Part shown: positions 48,146-56,393 of the stretch, one piece after another | Numbering within the stretch: the first letter of the stretch is position 1 | Layout: every line of letters begins with the position of its first letter | Position numbers and translations under genes: made by a program | The notes under the pieces: generated by a model | What the model saw: only the letters and a program-made list of their open reading frames with translations | What the model was told of the DNA's origin: nothing | The model's database searches: none | DNA from: Escherichia phage vB_EcoM_3A1_SA_NWU | Strand: one strand, 5' to 3' | DNA length: 64,000 nucleotides | Sequence record: OR062524

Positions 48146-48311
48146 CTTCTTTCTCCTCTAAAATATGAAACCCATAGCTACAATAGTCCTGAAAGGTTTC
48201 GTGTGCAAGATCTTCTATATCCTCTTGAGACATATCATCTTCAATTTCGATATCCACAACCTCATTGCATCCACACCAAGCAGTTTCAATATTCACTCGT
48301 AAAGTTTTCAT
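48138..48311 (-). CDS. hypothetical small acidic protein (57 aa, not in ORF track)
   Basis: Manual translation MKTLRVNIETAWCGCNEVVDIEIEDD...; ATG overlaps upstream stop, fills a 160-nt gap. Confidence 0.35.
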   Translation of the reverse strand: MKTLRVNIETAWCGCNEVVDIEIEDDMSQEDIEDLAHETFQDYCSYGFHILEEKEDA

Positions 48312-48514
48312 TCTTCTTCCTCATTAAAGTCCACATCAGAAATAACTTTAAATCTACCAAAGTTACGACAACCTTCATAGATATATCCATCACGACAAGC
48401 TGCAAAAATATCTGGAGTTTGTAGCTGGGTCATTGGGGCAAAGCGTTTCTCTTCGTCATAACGAACACCTATTTCTCCGGCTTGTTCGTCAAGCATGTAT
48501 ACACGGATTCTCAT
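48308..48514 (-). CDS. hypothetical small protein
   Basis: 68 aa, ATGA-coupled to TelA-like gene. Confidence 0.4.
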   Translation of the reverse strand: MRIRVYMLDEQAGEIGVRYDEEKRFAPMTQLQTPDIFAACRDGYIYEGCRNFGRFKVISDVDFNEEEE

Positions 48515-49623
48515 TTACCCAACCCCTTCTTAACAGCGTCAACCATCCCATCTTCGAGAGATTGAACTTCATTGATGTAATCAACACGGGCAGCACGGGC
48601 TTCCGTATTGATGCGGTTAGTTTCTTCCAACATTCTAACCAAGTTTTCCTGATCGTGACGCAGAGTTTCAATATCCAACACTTGACGGTTAGCCAGTGCT
48701 GCTGCTTCGATCTGATTCTGTGTGGCAAGATCGCTACCCAGTTTAATTGCCAGGTTAAATTCATCAAGAACGTTATTCTGTGTCTCTGCGGCTTTCATTT
48801 GACGTAAGCTCTCAATATACATTGAGAAGTTAGCAGAGTAAGCAGGAATAACATTATTTACTATGTTACGCGCAGATCGCATTAAGCTTGCAGAAACTTT
48901 TTGCATACCTTGTACACGCGGTCCCATTTGGACACACAGTAGGCGCAACGCCTTTAAATCTGCAATACGAATCTCCAGGAGATCCAAAGTATCTCGGATC
49001 ACTTGTCGCTGTTCTACGGCATCTTCTGGAAGAGCAGCCAAAGCTTGTTCTTCTTTTTCATAGGTTGCTGTTAGAAGCTGCATATCTCGGTTCAAACTTG
49101 CAGCATATTGTCCAATAGCTTGGTGTAGCTTTTCAAGATATACCAAGGAATCTTCTTCTTTGCGAATATCCATTTGAAGGTTCTTTACCAACTCTTCAAT
49201 ACGGTTATTAACATTATCAAACTCCCCAAACAGGTCTTCTTTCATACCCATAACTTTTTTAATGAGTTTAGTAATACCCTTGCTTTGTTTAATAGAGTTT
49301 GGATCAAGTTGTTTTGCCTGTTTAATCAAAGCTGTGAGTCGTTCACTCATCTGATCGCCTTGATTACTACGTTGATGTTTTAACACCTCGGCATTCAAGG
49401 AACGCAAGGTTGTTCCTGCCTCTGCCCCGATTTCTTCGATCTCTTGCCTGGTCATAGAAGGCAAAGCTGGGACTTCTTGCGGTGCGGCTGGTGCATAAAC
49501 AGGACTGGCATCTAACACGCTTGGAGCGAATACAGATTTACTTGCATCTGTTGTTGCAGCAAATACGCTCATTTCAGGCTTCTTCTGACCACCAGTAGCT
49601 GCTTTTAAAAATGGACTTGTCAT
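48511..49623 (-). CDS. telA: TelA-like protein (toxic anion resistance family, putative)
   Basis: 370 aa, long helical protein of TelA/KlaA size class sitting between TerC and TerD/vWA genes; assignment by architecture and context. Confidence 0.5.
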   Translation of the reverse strand: MTSPFLKAATGGQKKPEMSVFAATTDASKSVFAPSVLDASPVYAPAAPQEVPALPSMTRQEIEEIGAEAGTTLRSLNAEVLKHQRSNQGDQMSERLTALIKQAKQLDPNSIKQSKGITKLIKKVMGMKEDLFGEFDNVNNRIEELVKNLQMDIRKEEDSLVYLEKLHQAIGQYAASLNRDMQLLTATYEKEEQALAALPEDAVEQRQVIRDTLDLLEIRIADLKALRLLCVQMGPRVQGMQKVSASLMRSARNIVNNVIPAYSANFSMYIESLRQMKAAETQNNVLDEFNLAIKLGSDLATQNQIEAAALANRQVLDIETLRHDQENLVRMLEETNRINTEARAARVDYINEVQSLEDGMVDAVKKGLGK

Positions 49624-50210
49624 TCTTCATTCTCCTCTTCTGCATCTCTTATATATGGTGAAACACCGTACTCTTTAGCTACTTTAACCCAATCGTCCCA
49701 TTTATACAACCATAATTTTCCTTCGGTCCCTTCTTTATCTGATTTCAACCACATATTAGGTTGCTTACCTGGGTACATGCGATTAGGTTTACGATTATAA
49801 CCTCTAACACATCTTGTCGCAAACCTATCTACCAGAACAAGAACATATTTATATTCGTGGTTCAACGGCTCTTTGGAAGTGGCTTTAGGATTAGCCCCTA
49901 ATTCTGCTGCCAGTTTTTGCCAATGAGCACCGTGCCTACTAAACTTACCCATACAACCATCAATAGCATGAGCAATTTCGTGCTTCATTGTATCCACGAT
50001 CATATCTCTTGTAGAGTTCTTATGCAAGTGCCAATTTACAACAACAATTTTATCTCGGTAGTTGCACCAACCGAAAGAGTTATTCACTTTGTTTCTAACG
50101 CAAGCTTTATATCCCGCTTCACGTAACATGTTGTAGTAAACAGGAAAATCTTCTTTTATTTCCTGCATCACTTCCCACCACAAGAGTTGCAAGTCTCTCT
50201 CGGTATACAT
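49620..50210 (-). CDS. Zn-dependent metallohydrolase (SprT/YgjP-like HExxH...HGxxW motif)
   Basis: 196 aa; motif MKHEIAHAIDGCMGKFSRHGAHW. Confidence 0.5.
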   Translation of the reverse strand: MYTERDLQLLWWEVMQEIKEDFPVYYNMLREAGYKACVRNKVNNSFGWCNYRDKIVVVNWHLHKNSTRDMIVDTMKHEIAHAIDGCMGKFSRHGAHWQKLAAELGANPKATSKEPLNHEYKYVLVLVDRFATRCVRGYNRKPNRMYPGKQPNMWLKSDKEGTEGKLWLYKWDDWVKVAKEYGVSPYIRDAEEENEE

Positions 50211-50213
50211 AAC

Positions 50214-50807
50214 TTACACCTTAAAAGTGAAATGTGTGGTAGTGACTTCAAAATCAGAGCCAGATAAACGTGCACTGAAATCTGAAATATTTGTAATTAA
50301 AAAGCTTTTATGCATACCTAACACAGCCACGCTTTCAATATCTTCTACTAACATTTCAATCATGTTAGAAACATGGCTGAACGTATAGTTTTGTTTTTTG
50401 ATGGTGTAGAAAGAAAGACTCCCACCTGCTGTATAAGATACCTCTTCAAAATCTTTAATCGTATATTGTGTGCCATCAGTAAAGAAAATGGTAGCTTTAT
50501 TAGTAGCACGTTTCTTGTTTTTTGGTCCTTTTTTACGTTTACTGCGAGTAGGCAAACCGTTTGGGAACACCGTAGCTACAAATTCTTCAGGGGAAACCTC
50601 CTTACCGAAATCATAACCGTAAGAAACAGCGTCTATAAACTCGTCGTCTTCATTTTTAAAATAATGAAAATAGGGCCAATTTGAGAGATTATCAAGCATC
50701 TTATGCTCATCCACAGCAGAGAACGTATCTCTCAAAGCACGTGTGATTTGTAAAGCATTAGGCAAACTTTTAACACCTGTAATGGAAGTACGAATAGAAA
50801 TTGTCAT
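50214..50807 (-). CDS. hypothetical protein
   Basis: 197 aa; AAGGAGAA RBS. Confidence 0.45.
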   Translation of the reverse strand: MTISIRTSITGVKSLPNALQITRALRDTFSAVDEHKMLDNLSNWPYFHYFKNEDDEFIDAVSYGYDFGKEVSPEEFVATVFPNGLPTRSKRKKGPKNKKRATNKATIFFTDGTQYTIKDFEEVSYTAGGSLSFYTIKKQNYTFSHVSNMIEMLVEDIESVAVLGMHKSFLITNISDFSARLSGSDFEVTTTHFTFKV

Positions 50808-50821
50808 TGTTTTTCTCCTTA

Positions 50822-51259
50822 TTAACGTCGCTTGCTACGAGATGAACTCTTTTTACTTAAAGGGCTATTGTAAGATTTACGAGTTGTATAGCTACTATTT
50901 GTTTTAAAAGTTTGTCTCGGCTTTTCATAAGTTTTTATCTCTTGTTTAGGCTTACCATAAAAATTAGTTTTCGGTTTAGGTGCATTATAATGCTTATTAA
51001 TAATCGTTCTGTTATCGTTATAATCCCCACTGCTACGATTACTACCGCCACTCATCATATGCCCTAACAACATACCTGTAGCAAACTCACCAACACCGCT
51101 ACTACTAGAACCGCCACCATTGTTGATAATAGTTGTATCTCCGTCAGATCCTTGTTGAGCGTATTGTTGAGGAGGTTGTTGGTATTGTGCAGGATTTGTT
51201 TCATCCTCGCAAGCTGTTAAAAAGATACAACCAATTAAAATCAGGGCTAGTTTTTTCAT
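50822..51259 (-). CDS. lipoprotein with glycine-rich (glycine-zipper-like) region
   Basis: Track ORF trimmed to MKKLALILIGCIFLTAC (signal peptide + lipobox LTAC, GAGGAA RBS); Gly/Ser-rich core, basic C-terminus. Confidence 0.6.
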   Translation of the reverse strand: MKKLALILIGCIFLTACEDETNPAQYQQPPQQYAQQGSDGDTTIINNGGGSSSSGVGEFATGMLLGHMMSGGSNRSSGDYNDNRTIINKHYNAPKPKTNFYGKPKQEIKTYEKPRQTFKTNSSYTTRKSYNSPLSKKSSSRSKRR

Positions 51260-51446
51260 ATTTGCTTTCCTCGTTTTGGCTATTAATACATCTGTGTTTG
51301 AAATCTCCAGAGAAGCAATAAAGTTGCTCTCCATCTCGGTATAAACTCACTTTACTGCCGTTGATTACGCTTGTCAATACAAAAATTACAACAAACAACC
51401 CTATTGCAAAACAGATATTTTCAAACACAACCAACAAGTATTTCAT
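51201..51446 (-). CDS. small membrane protein
   Basis: 81 aa; N-terminal hydrophobic helix FAIGLFVVIFVLTSVI; ATGA-coupled; 3' end overlaps lipoprotein start by 59 nt in another frame. Confidence 0.4.
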   Translation of the reverse strand: MKYLLVVFENICFAIGLFVVIFVLTSVINGSKVSLYRDGEQLYCFSGDFKHRCINSQNEESKYEKTSPDFNWLYLFNSLRG

Positions 51447-51793
51447 TTTAAAAATACCTCATCATCAGTTTCATTATCCCAGAAGAACAAATCCCAACCA
51501 TTTGGATCGTTCCATTTGGCTGCTGGAGAAGTCCATATTTGTTCGATATCAATATTCAAAACTTCACCGTTTCGTTTTGAAACAGCTTTAGTTAATTCCC
51601 AACGAGATACAGGCTCTACTTCTCCTGAACCACTTCCACAACAAGCTACAACATTAGGAGGCAAATTAATTGGATCTTTGGTCACAATCATAACGCTTAC
51701 CCCAGGGTAAACTTTTGAAAGATAATCTGAAATGTAATCCACACTACCAGATAAATCCCAAACAAGTTCTTGAATTTCATCAAAATTACTCAT
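51443..51793 (-). CDS. hypothetical protein
   Basis: 116 aa; AGGAGAG RBS right after terminator hairpin. Confidence 0.45.
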   Translation of the reverse strand: MSNFDEIQELVWDLSGSVDYISDYLSKVYPGVSVMIVTKDPINLPPNVVACCGSGSGEVEPVSRWELTKAVSKRNGEVLNIDIEQIWTSPAAKWNDPNGWDLFFWDNETDDEVFLK

Positions 51794-51805
51794 AAGTCTC
51801 TCCTA

Positions 51806-51829
51806 TAAAATAGCCTCCCGAAGGAGGCT
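51806..51829 (-). terminator. rho-independent terminator after TerC gene
   Basis: Minus strand AGCCTCC-TTCG-GGAGGCT then TTTTAT. Confidence 0.5.
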
Positions 51830-51835
51830 TATCTA

Positions 51836-52810
51836 TTAAACAGTGGCTTCTTCTTTTTCAGGAAAGATAAAGCTTGCAATAACACCAAGAGCTAATGTGC
51901 CCAGAACAATCATCAGACTTACGTTAGGGGAAATATCATGCGGGAGGAATGACCACTTGGCATGAAGTGTTTCACCGAACGGGTGATACATAAGTTTAGC
52001 ACCGACAAACACCAGAACCACAGCAACCGCTTTCTCTAAGTGAACCAGATATTTCACAGCTACACTTAACACAAAGAAAAGTGCACGTAAACCAAGAACA
52101 GCCATCAGCATTGCAGAATAAACTAGCAGAGGTTCTTGTGTCACACCGATCACAGCCGGAACTGAATCAAAAGAGAAGACAATATCTGTAAGCTCAATAA
52201 CAAACACACAAAGAAGAGCAGGAGTTGCATATTTAATACCATTCTTAATGGTGATGAACTTTTCACCATCCAGTGCATTGTGCACAGGCAGAACTTTACC
52301 TACTAAACGAACAGCCCAATGTTTAGAGTAATCAATATCCTCTTCTTCGTCACCACCTTTGATGATAGCCACGGCAGACCAAGCTACAATCAAACCGAAC
52401 AACACTTGGACCGACCAATGAAGGTTAAACAAAGCGGTCCCTGCTGCAACAAAAATACCTCGGAAGACAATGGCTCCTGCAATCCCCCAAAGTAGAATCT
52501 TATGTTGGAGATGTGTGCTCTTAATTCCAAAGCTTGCAAAAATTGCCATGAACACCATTAGGTTATCTACAGAAAGACTCTTTTCCAACACATAGCCACT
52601 TAGGAAAAGCGCGGCAAACTCTTTACCATGTTCTACCCAAATGAATGCGTAATATCCTAAAGCTAAAGCAATCCAAAAAACAGACCAAAGCAAAGCAGAT
52701 TTAATTCCAATTTCTTTATTCTCTTTATGACCAAAGAAATCGATACCAATAGACAATGCCAAAATACCAACTAAAACAACTACATCAATGATTGGGAAAC
52801 CAAGTTGCAT
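51836..52810 (-). CDS. terC: TerC-family integral membrane protein
   Basis: 324 aa, multiple hydrophobic helices, conserved SLSVDN motif, acidic loop GGDEEEDIDYS; AAGGAG RBS. Confidence 0.75.
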   Translation of the reverse strand: MQLGFPIIDVVVLVGILALSIGIDFFGHKENKEIGIKSALLWSVFWIALALGYYAFIWVEHGKEFAALFLSGYVLEKSLSVDNLMVFMAIFASFGIKSTHLQHKILLWGIAGAIVFRGIFVAAGTALFNLHWSVQVLFGLIVAWSAVAIIKGGDEEEDIDYSKHWAVRLVGKVLPVHNALDGEKFITIKNGIKYATPALLCVFVIELTDIVFSFDSVPAVIGVTQEPLLVYSAMLMAVLGLRALFFVLSVAVKYLVHLEKAVAVVLVFVGAKLMYHPFGETLHAKWSFLPHDISPNVSLMIVLGTLALGVIASFIFPEKEEATV

Positions 52811-52829
52811 TATTTTCTCCTTTCTCTTT

Positions 52830-52848
52830 GCGGGGAACCACTCCCCGC
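52830..52848 (-). promoter_or_regulatory. 5' leader hairpin upstream of TerC
   Basis: gcgggg-aaccact-ccccgc between predicted start site and RBS. Confidence 0.4.
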
Positions 52849-52860
52849 CTCATGTGATAC

Positions 52861-52888
52861 ATCTTACTCTTTTTTAAAACCTTGTCAA
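52861..52888 (-). promoter_or_regulatory. sigma70-like promoter (TTGACA-16 nt-TAAGAT) for TerC unit
   Basis: Minus strand gtgTTGACA-16nt-TAAGAT; -35 at 52883-52888, -10 at 52861-52866. Confidence 0.45.
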
Positions 52889-52891
52889 CAC

Positions 52892-53113
52892 TTATTTTGA
52901 AGAACTGGAGGAAAAGATTCCACGCAGCACTGCCATAATGAACGCTACGCACACCACGGTCCAGAATGTAACAGGAACAGTGATATCTGTGTGACCCATC
53001 ATTTCAACAACGTAGTTGTAAGCCAGCAGCAGAAGCCACGCTGGAATCATACTGATCAGGAAAGCCAGAACAAACACGATAACTACTGCCAGAACACCTG
53101 CAACAACACCCAT
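52892..53113 (-). CDS. small membrane protein (two hydrophobic helices)
   Basis: 73 aa, almost entirely hydrophobic; GAGGAG RBS. Confidence 0.5.
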   Translation of the reverse strand: MGVVAGVLAVVIVFVLAFLISMIPAWLLLLAYNYVVEMMGHTDITVPVTFWTVVCVAFIMAVLRGIFSSSSSK

Positions 53114-53126
53114 ATTATTTCTCCTC

Positions 53127-53609
53127 TTAAAGTTTATAAATAGTCACATCGTGACCTGCTTTTACTAAAGTTTCTTCAATCATCACTTCGATGATAGCCC
53201 AATTACCTCCTGCCAACCCTGCTCCAATCATAGGTAAACCAATCTTATGTTCGGCAGATGTGTTCACCCATTTGTGGAGATCCTTTGCCATAGCCTCAAG
53301 AGCATCATACAGGGCATCATAGTCCAACTGACGACCTTTACCGTTATACCCGTAACGGTACTGTCCGTATAGGTTATAAACCAGTGGGTCAGACACCTCC
53401 TCCGGCACCCCTAAACTAAAAGAACCCAGCTTACTTTGATCACCTGCGGCTGTGTCCAAGTCGGCTGCATATGCATAAGGAAATGCTCGTTTAATTTGCG
53501 GAGCAATCCCTGCACCCATATTACACATACAGTTACAACAGTGGGCTATAACGTTCACTTCCCCATTCTTCGCTGCATCGATCAGATTCCCAGTAACAAC
53601 CTTCAACAT
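53127..53609 (-). CDS. macro domain protein (ADP-ribose binding/processing, putative)
   Basis: 160 aa; N-terminal VVTGNLIDAAKNGEVNVIAHCCNCMCNMGAGIA and C-terminal IGLPMIGAGLAGGNW resemble macro domain boxes; AAGGAGG RBS. Confidence 0.5.
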   Translation of the reverse strand: MLKVVTGNLIDAAKNGEVNVIAHCCNCMCNMGAGIAPQIKRAFPYAYAADLDTAAGDQSKLGSFSLGVPEEVSDPLVYNLYGQYRYGYNGKGRQLDYDALYDALEAMAKDLHKWVNTSAEHKIGLPMIGAGLAGGNWAIIEVMIEETLVKAGHDVTIYKL

Positions 53610-53618
53610 TTTTCCTCC

Positions 53619-54446
53619 TTACAGAATATGTTGTTTTGTGTAACGATCCAAGAACTCAAAGTTTTCAGCATACTTTGCAATTCGATTGTAGCCTTCAGCT
53701 AAACAGCCGAAGAAAAGTTGTTCCACATAGTAGTGTGGCAATTGGCTAAGAATGATTTTGAAGTCTTCATGATTTTGGCCCATAAGATACTTAATAGGAC
53801 GAACAAGACACTGTGCATCACATTCTTCATTAATCATTTTAACAAACGCTTCTGGTGTATTAATATAGTTAAAATTCAGCTTAGCTTCGGTATCTGCTTG
53901 ATTACCTTCATATTTTGCAAAATACAAGAAGTAAACATCATTTTTAACTTGATTTTCATCAAGAATCTCAATCAGTTTGTCTTCATGAGTTCCAGTGATA
54001 TTTACATCATCAATGAACACAAGCTTCTTATCACCCCAGAATTCTTTGTTGCAGTAGAATGTATCCCCATCAATAAGTTTCTTACGACTAGCTTTATCCA
54101 AGAAACCATAATCGTTGATATAGCTAACTTTACGATGAATAATATCCAGTTCTGCTGAACGACCTTGATCATATTGTGCTTGCAACATATTAAAGTAATT
54201 AATAAAATGATCTGTCATCATTGTTGCAGCATTATGCACATGGTTATAAGGAGAAGGAATGATAACAAATTGTTCCCCAATATGTTTCATTGCTACTTGA
54301 GCAAAAAACTGAAGTGCCAATTCTTTACCCATACGACGCGCAGCTTGGTTACTACCAAATTTCAATTTTGAATAATCTTTGATATCAAAAGTAGCAGTTT
54401 CCAGGGCATCAAATTTATTTGCAAAAATTTGAGTTTGATTACGCAT
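53619..54446 (-). CDS. phosphoribosyltransferase-type protein (type I PRTase motif)
   Basis: 275 aa; PRPP-binding-loop-like motif KKLVFIDDVNITGTHEDKL. Confidence 0.55.
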   Translation of the reverse strand: MRNQTQIFANKFDALETATFDIKDYSKLKFGSNQAARRMGKELALQFFAQVAMKHIGEQFVIIPSPYNHVHNAATMMTDHFINYFNMLQAQYDQGRSAELDIIHRKVSYINDYGFLDKASRKKLIDGDTFYCNKEFWGDKKLVFIDDVNITGTHEDKLIEILDENQVKNDVYFLYFAKYEGNQADTEAKLNFNYINTPEAFVKMINEECDAQCLVRPIKYLMGQNHEDFKIILSQLPHYYVEQLFFGCLAEGYNRIAKYAENFEFLDRYTKQHIL

Positions 54447-55095
54447 TTACAATTTCTCCTCTTTTAAGTTTCTCTAGTAAGTCGTTAGGGTTCTTAATAT
54501 AACAGAAGTTAATCCCTATGTCAACACATTTACCATCAAATTCTTCGCTGTCCCCAACATGTAAAATCTCTTCAGCCTTCAAAGGAATGCTTGAATATGT
54601 GGCGGTCCTAACAAAGAATCTAGGATCTGGTTTACACAACAGATGTTCGTCTGAAAAATGCATAAATTCAAAACAATTCCAACTATCGAACATACAAGCA
54701 CGACGCAAAATATCCCCAGATATAAAATTAGTATTGCTTTTAATACTAAGATCATATTTACCAGACAAGTATAGCAAACAAACTGGCAAATCTAAAGCAA
54801 TATGTGGAGGAAATTTAAGAAACCACTGTTCGCACTCAAAACGCATTTGTGCAGATTCTACAGGGGTTAAACCTATTTTTCTTCCCAACATATTCCATGC
54901 ATATGCCACACCTTCTGCACACCCATTTAGTGCAGCATTATCCATAATTTCTTTGGCATCTTTATATGCTTCTTTTGCGGCACGTTCAGACATTCTACCA
55001 TATGTCGCAATAGTGTGCGTACGTGCGTCTGCATAGTTTTGATTGGCAGAAATAAGAGTGTTCCATACATCAAAAGAGATATGTTTTATTGTCAT
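54439..55095 (-). CDS. HAD-superfamily hydrolase (putative phosphatase)
   Basis: Track ORF trimmed to ATG 55095 (MTIKHISFDVWNTLI..., 1 nt after upstream stop); motif I FDVWNTL, motif IV-like HVGDSEEFD. Confidence 0.5.
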   Translation of the reverse strand: MTIKHISFDVWNTLISANQNYADARTHTIATYGRMSERAAKEAYKDAKEIMDNAALNGCAEGVAYAWNMLGRKIGLTPVESAQMRFECEQWFLKFPPHIALDLPVCLLYLSGKYDLSIKSNTNFISGDILRRACMFDSWNCFEFMHFSDEHLLCKPDPRFFVRTATYSSIPLKAEEILHVGDSEEFDGKCVDIGINFCYIKNPNDLLEKLKRGEIVNA

Positions 55096-55096
55096 A

Positions 55097-55702
55097 TTAA
55101 GCCCACCACGCATCAAGATTTAAGTTACTGTCTACCACAACTTGTTCTATGTGGTAGCCTTTTATCTGTATCCCACTGTTCAAGAGCATATCATACGCTT
55201 CATTGAAACGCAACTTATCTTCTGCGGAATATAAACGAGCATTATAAAATCGGTAATCAATTTCTTCAGCATTAGAAGAAATACGGAAGAAGTTTGTTTC
55301 TACTTCGGGATCACTTGCTGAAGTCTTAATGTGAACTTCTCCATAATTTTCTTTACTTAGATCCATGAAAAGAACACAGGCAACATGTTTAAACATTCGT
55401 TCCAGTTTGTAACGAACAACATTGAAACCTGCATTCTCAAGTTTTTCTACACACTGCAACATTAAAGTAGTGTCGAGATCGCTTTGATACTTTGTTAACA
55501 TACGATCACGTTGAGACTTTGTATCCCGATGTAAATCAATTGTTGTGCATTTGGCACCAATAATCTTAGCTGCTTTCATCAACTCTTCAGAACTAACGTT
55601 AGATAAAGTAAGATGAAAATGGGCTTTCCACACTTTTTTAGCAGGGACACCAAAAGATTTATCCCCACTATTCGGCATGTTGACTACTACACTATGTTGC
55701 AT
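55097..55702 (-). CDS. hypothetical protein
   Basis: 201 aa; single HxTx-like motif AHFHLTLS; GAGGAG RBS. Confidence 0.45.
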   Translation of the reverse strand: MQHSVVVNMPNSGDKSFGVPAKKVWKAHFHLTLSNVSSEELMKAAKIIGAKCTTIDLHRDTKSQRDRMLTKYQSDLDTTLMLQCVEKLENAGFNVVRYKLERMFKHVACVLFMDLSKENYGEVHIKTSASDPEVETNFFRISSNAEEIDYRFYNARLYSAEDKLRFNEAYDMLLNSGIQIKGYHIEQVVVDSNLNLDAWWA

Positions 55703-55717
55703 TACTTATCTCCTCAC

Positions 55718-55909
55718 TTAAAATGGAAGTCTTTGAAGTTCATCTCCTCCGATATCAAGTAATTTAGCAACATCTCGATCAGAAAGCAACTCTTTTCTTT
55801 GTAAAATATCCACAAGGGTTGCAAGAATGTCCTTAACGTCCCGATCACTGTTCTTCAACAGTTCTCCTGCCGTCCCTACTCTATCTCCTACAGCAAAATA
55901 TGTAACCAT
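55718..55909 (-). CDS. hypothetical small protein
   Basis: Track ORF 55718-55942 trimmed to ATG 55909 (AGGAGG RBS). Confidence 0.4.
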   Translation of the reverse strand: MVTYFAVGDRVGTAGELLKNSDRDVKDILATLVDILQRKELLSDRDVAKLLDIGGDELQRLPF

Positions 55910-55922
55910 GAAACCTCCTAAG

Positions 55923-56393
55923 TTAATCTGATTGCCAACCACTTGCCGTTTTGGTCCATAATCTTTGATTATCTGACCCTCTGAAAGGTTTTGTAGTTGG
56001 ATTGTTTATTTCATACTTTCCGTCTACAATAATGTCAACAAGATTTTTAATATATAAAGGCACTTCCTCAAAAGTATATCCTGTATACACCATTATATCT
56101 TTGCTTGACCCATAAACGTCTCTAACCTTTTCTATAAGGCTTTTAACATTGTAAATATTCTGCGGATCTAATGGTTCTCCTCCTAAAATTGTTAAACCTT
56201 TTACAAACGGTCTTGACAAATCTTTTAAAACTTGCTCTACATTTTCGTGAGTAAACGGTTCCCCGTAAGAATAAGACCAGGCTTTCTGGTTAAAACAGCC
56301 ACGACAACCGTGGCTACAACCACTAACCCAGAGGGAGCACCTAACTCCCTCACCATTAATAAGATCTACAGGTTCATATCCTGCAAAATTCAA
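55923..56393 (-). CDS. nrdG: anaerobic ribonucleotide reductase activating protein (radical SAM)
   Basis: 156 aa; CSLWVSGCSHGCRGCFN cysteine cluster; TTG start overlapping NrdD stop. Confidence 0.8.
   Translation of the reverse strand: MNFAGYEPVDLINGEGVRCSLWVSGCSHGCRGCFNQKAWSYSYGEPFTHENVEQVLKDLSRPFVKGLTILGGEPLDPQNIYNVKSLIEKVRDVYGSSKDIMVYTGYTFEEVPLYIKNLVDIIVDGKYEINNPTTKPFRGSDNQRLWTKTASGWQSD

Noticed and set aside
52811-52891. Possible yybP-ykoY (manganese) riboswitch upstream of the TerC-family gene
   Set aside because: The leader between predicted start site and ATG is only about 45 nt with a single short hairpin, far too short for the riboswitch fold; treated as a simple leader hairpin.
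55097-55702. 2H phosphoesterase (LigT-like) assignment for the 201-aa protein
   Set aside because: Only one convincing HxTx motif (HFHLTL) is present and the second required motif was not found; left as hypothetical.
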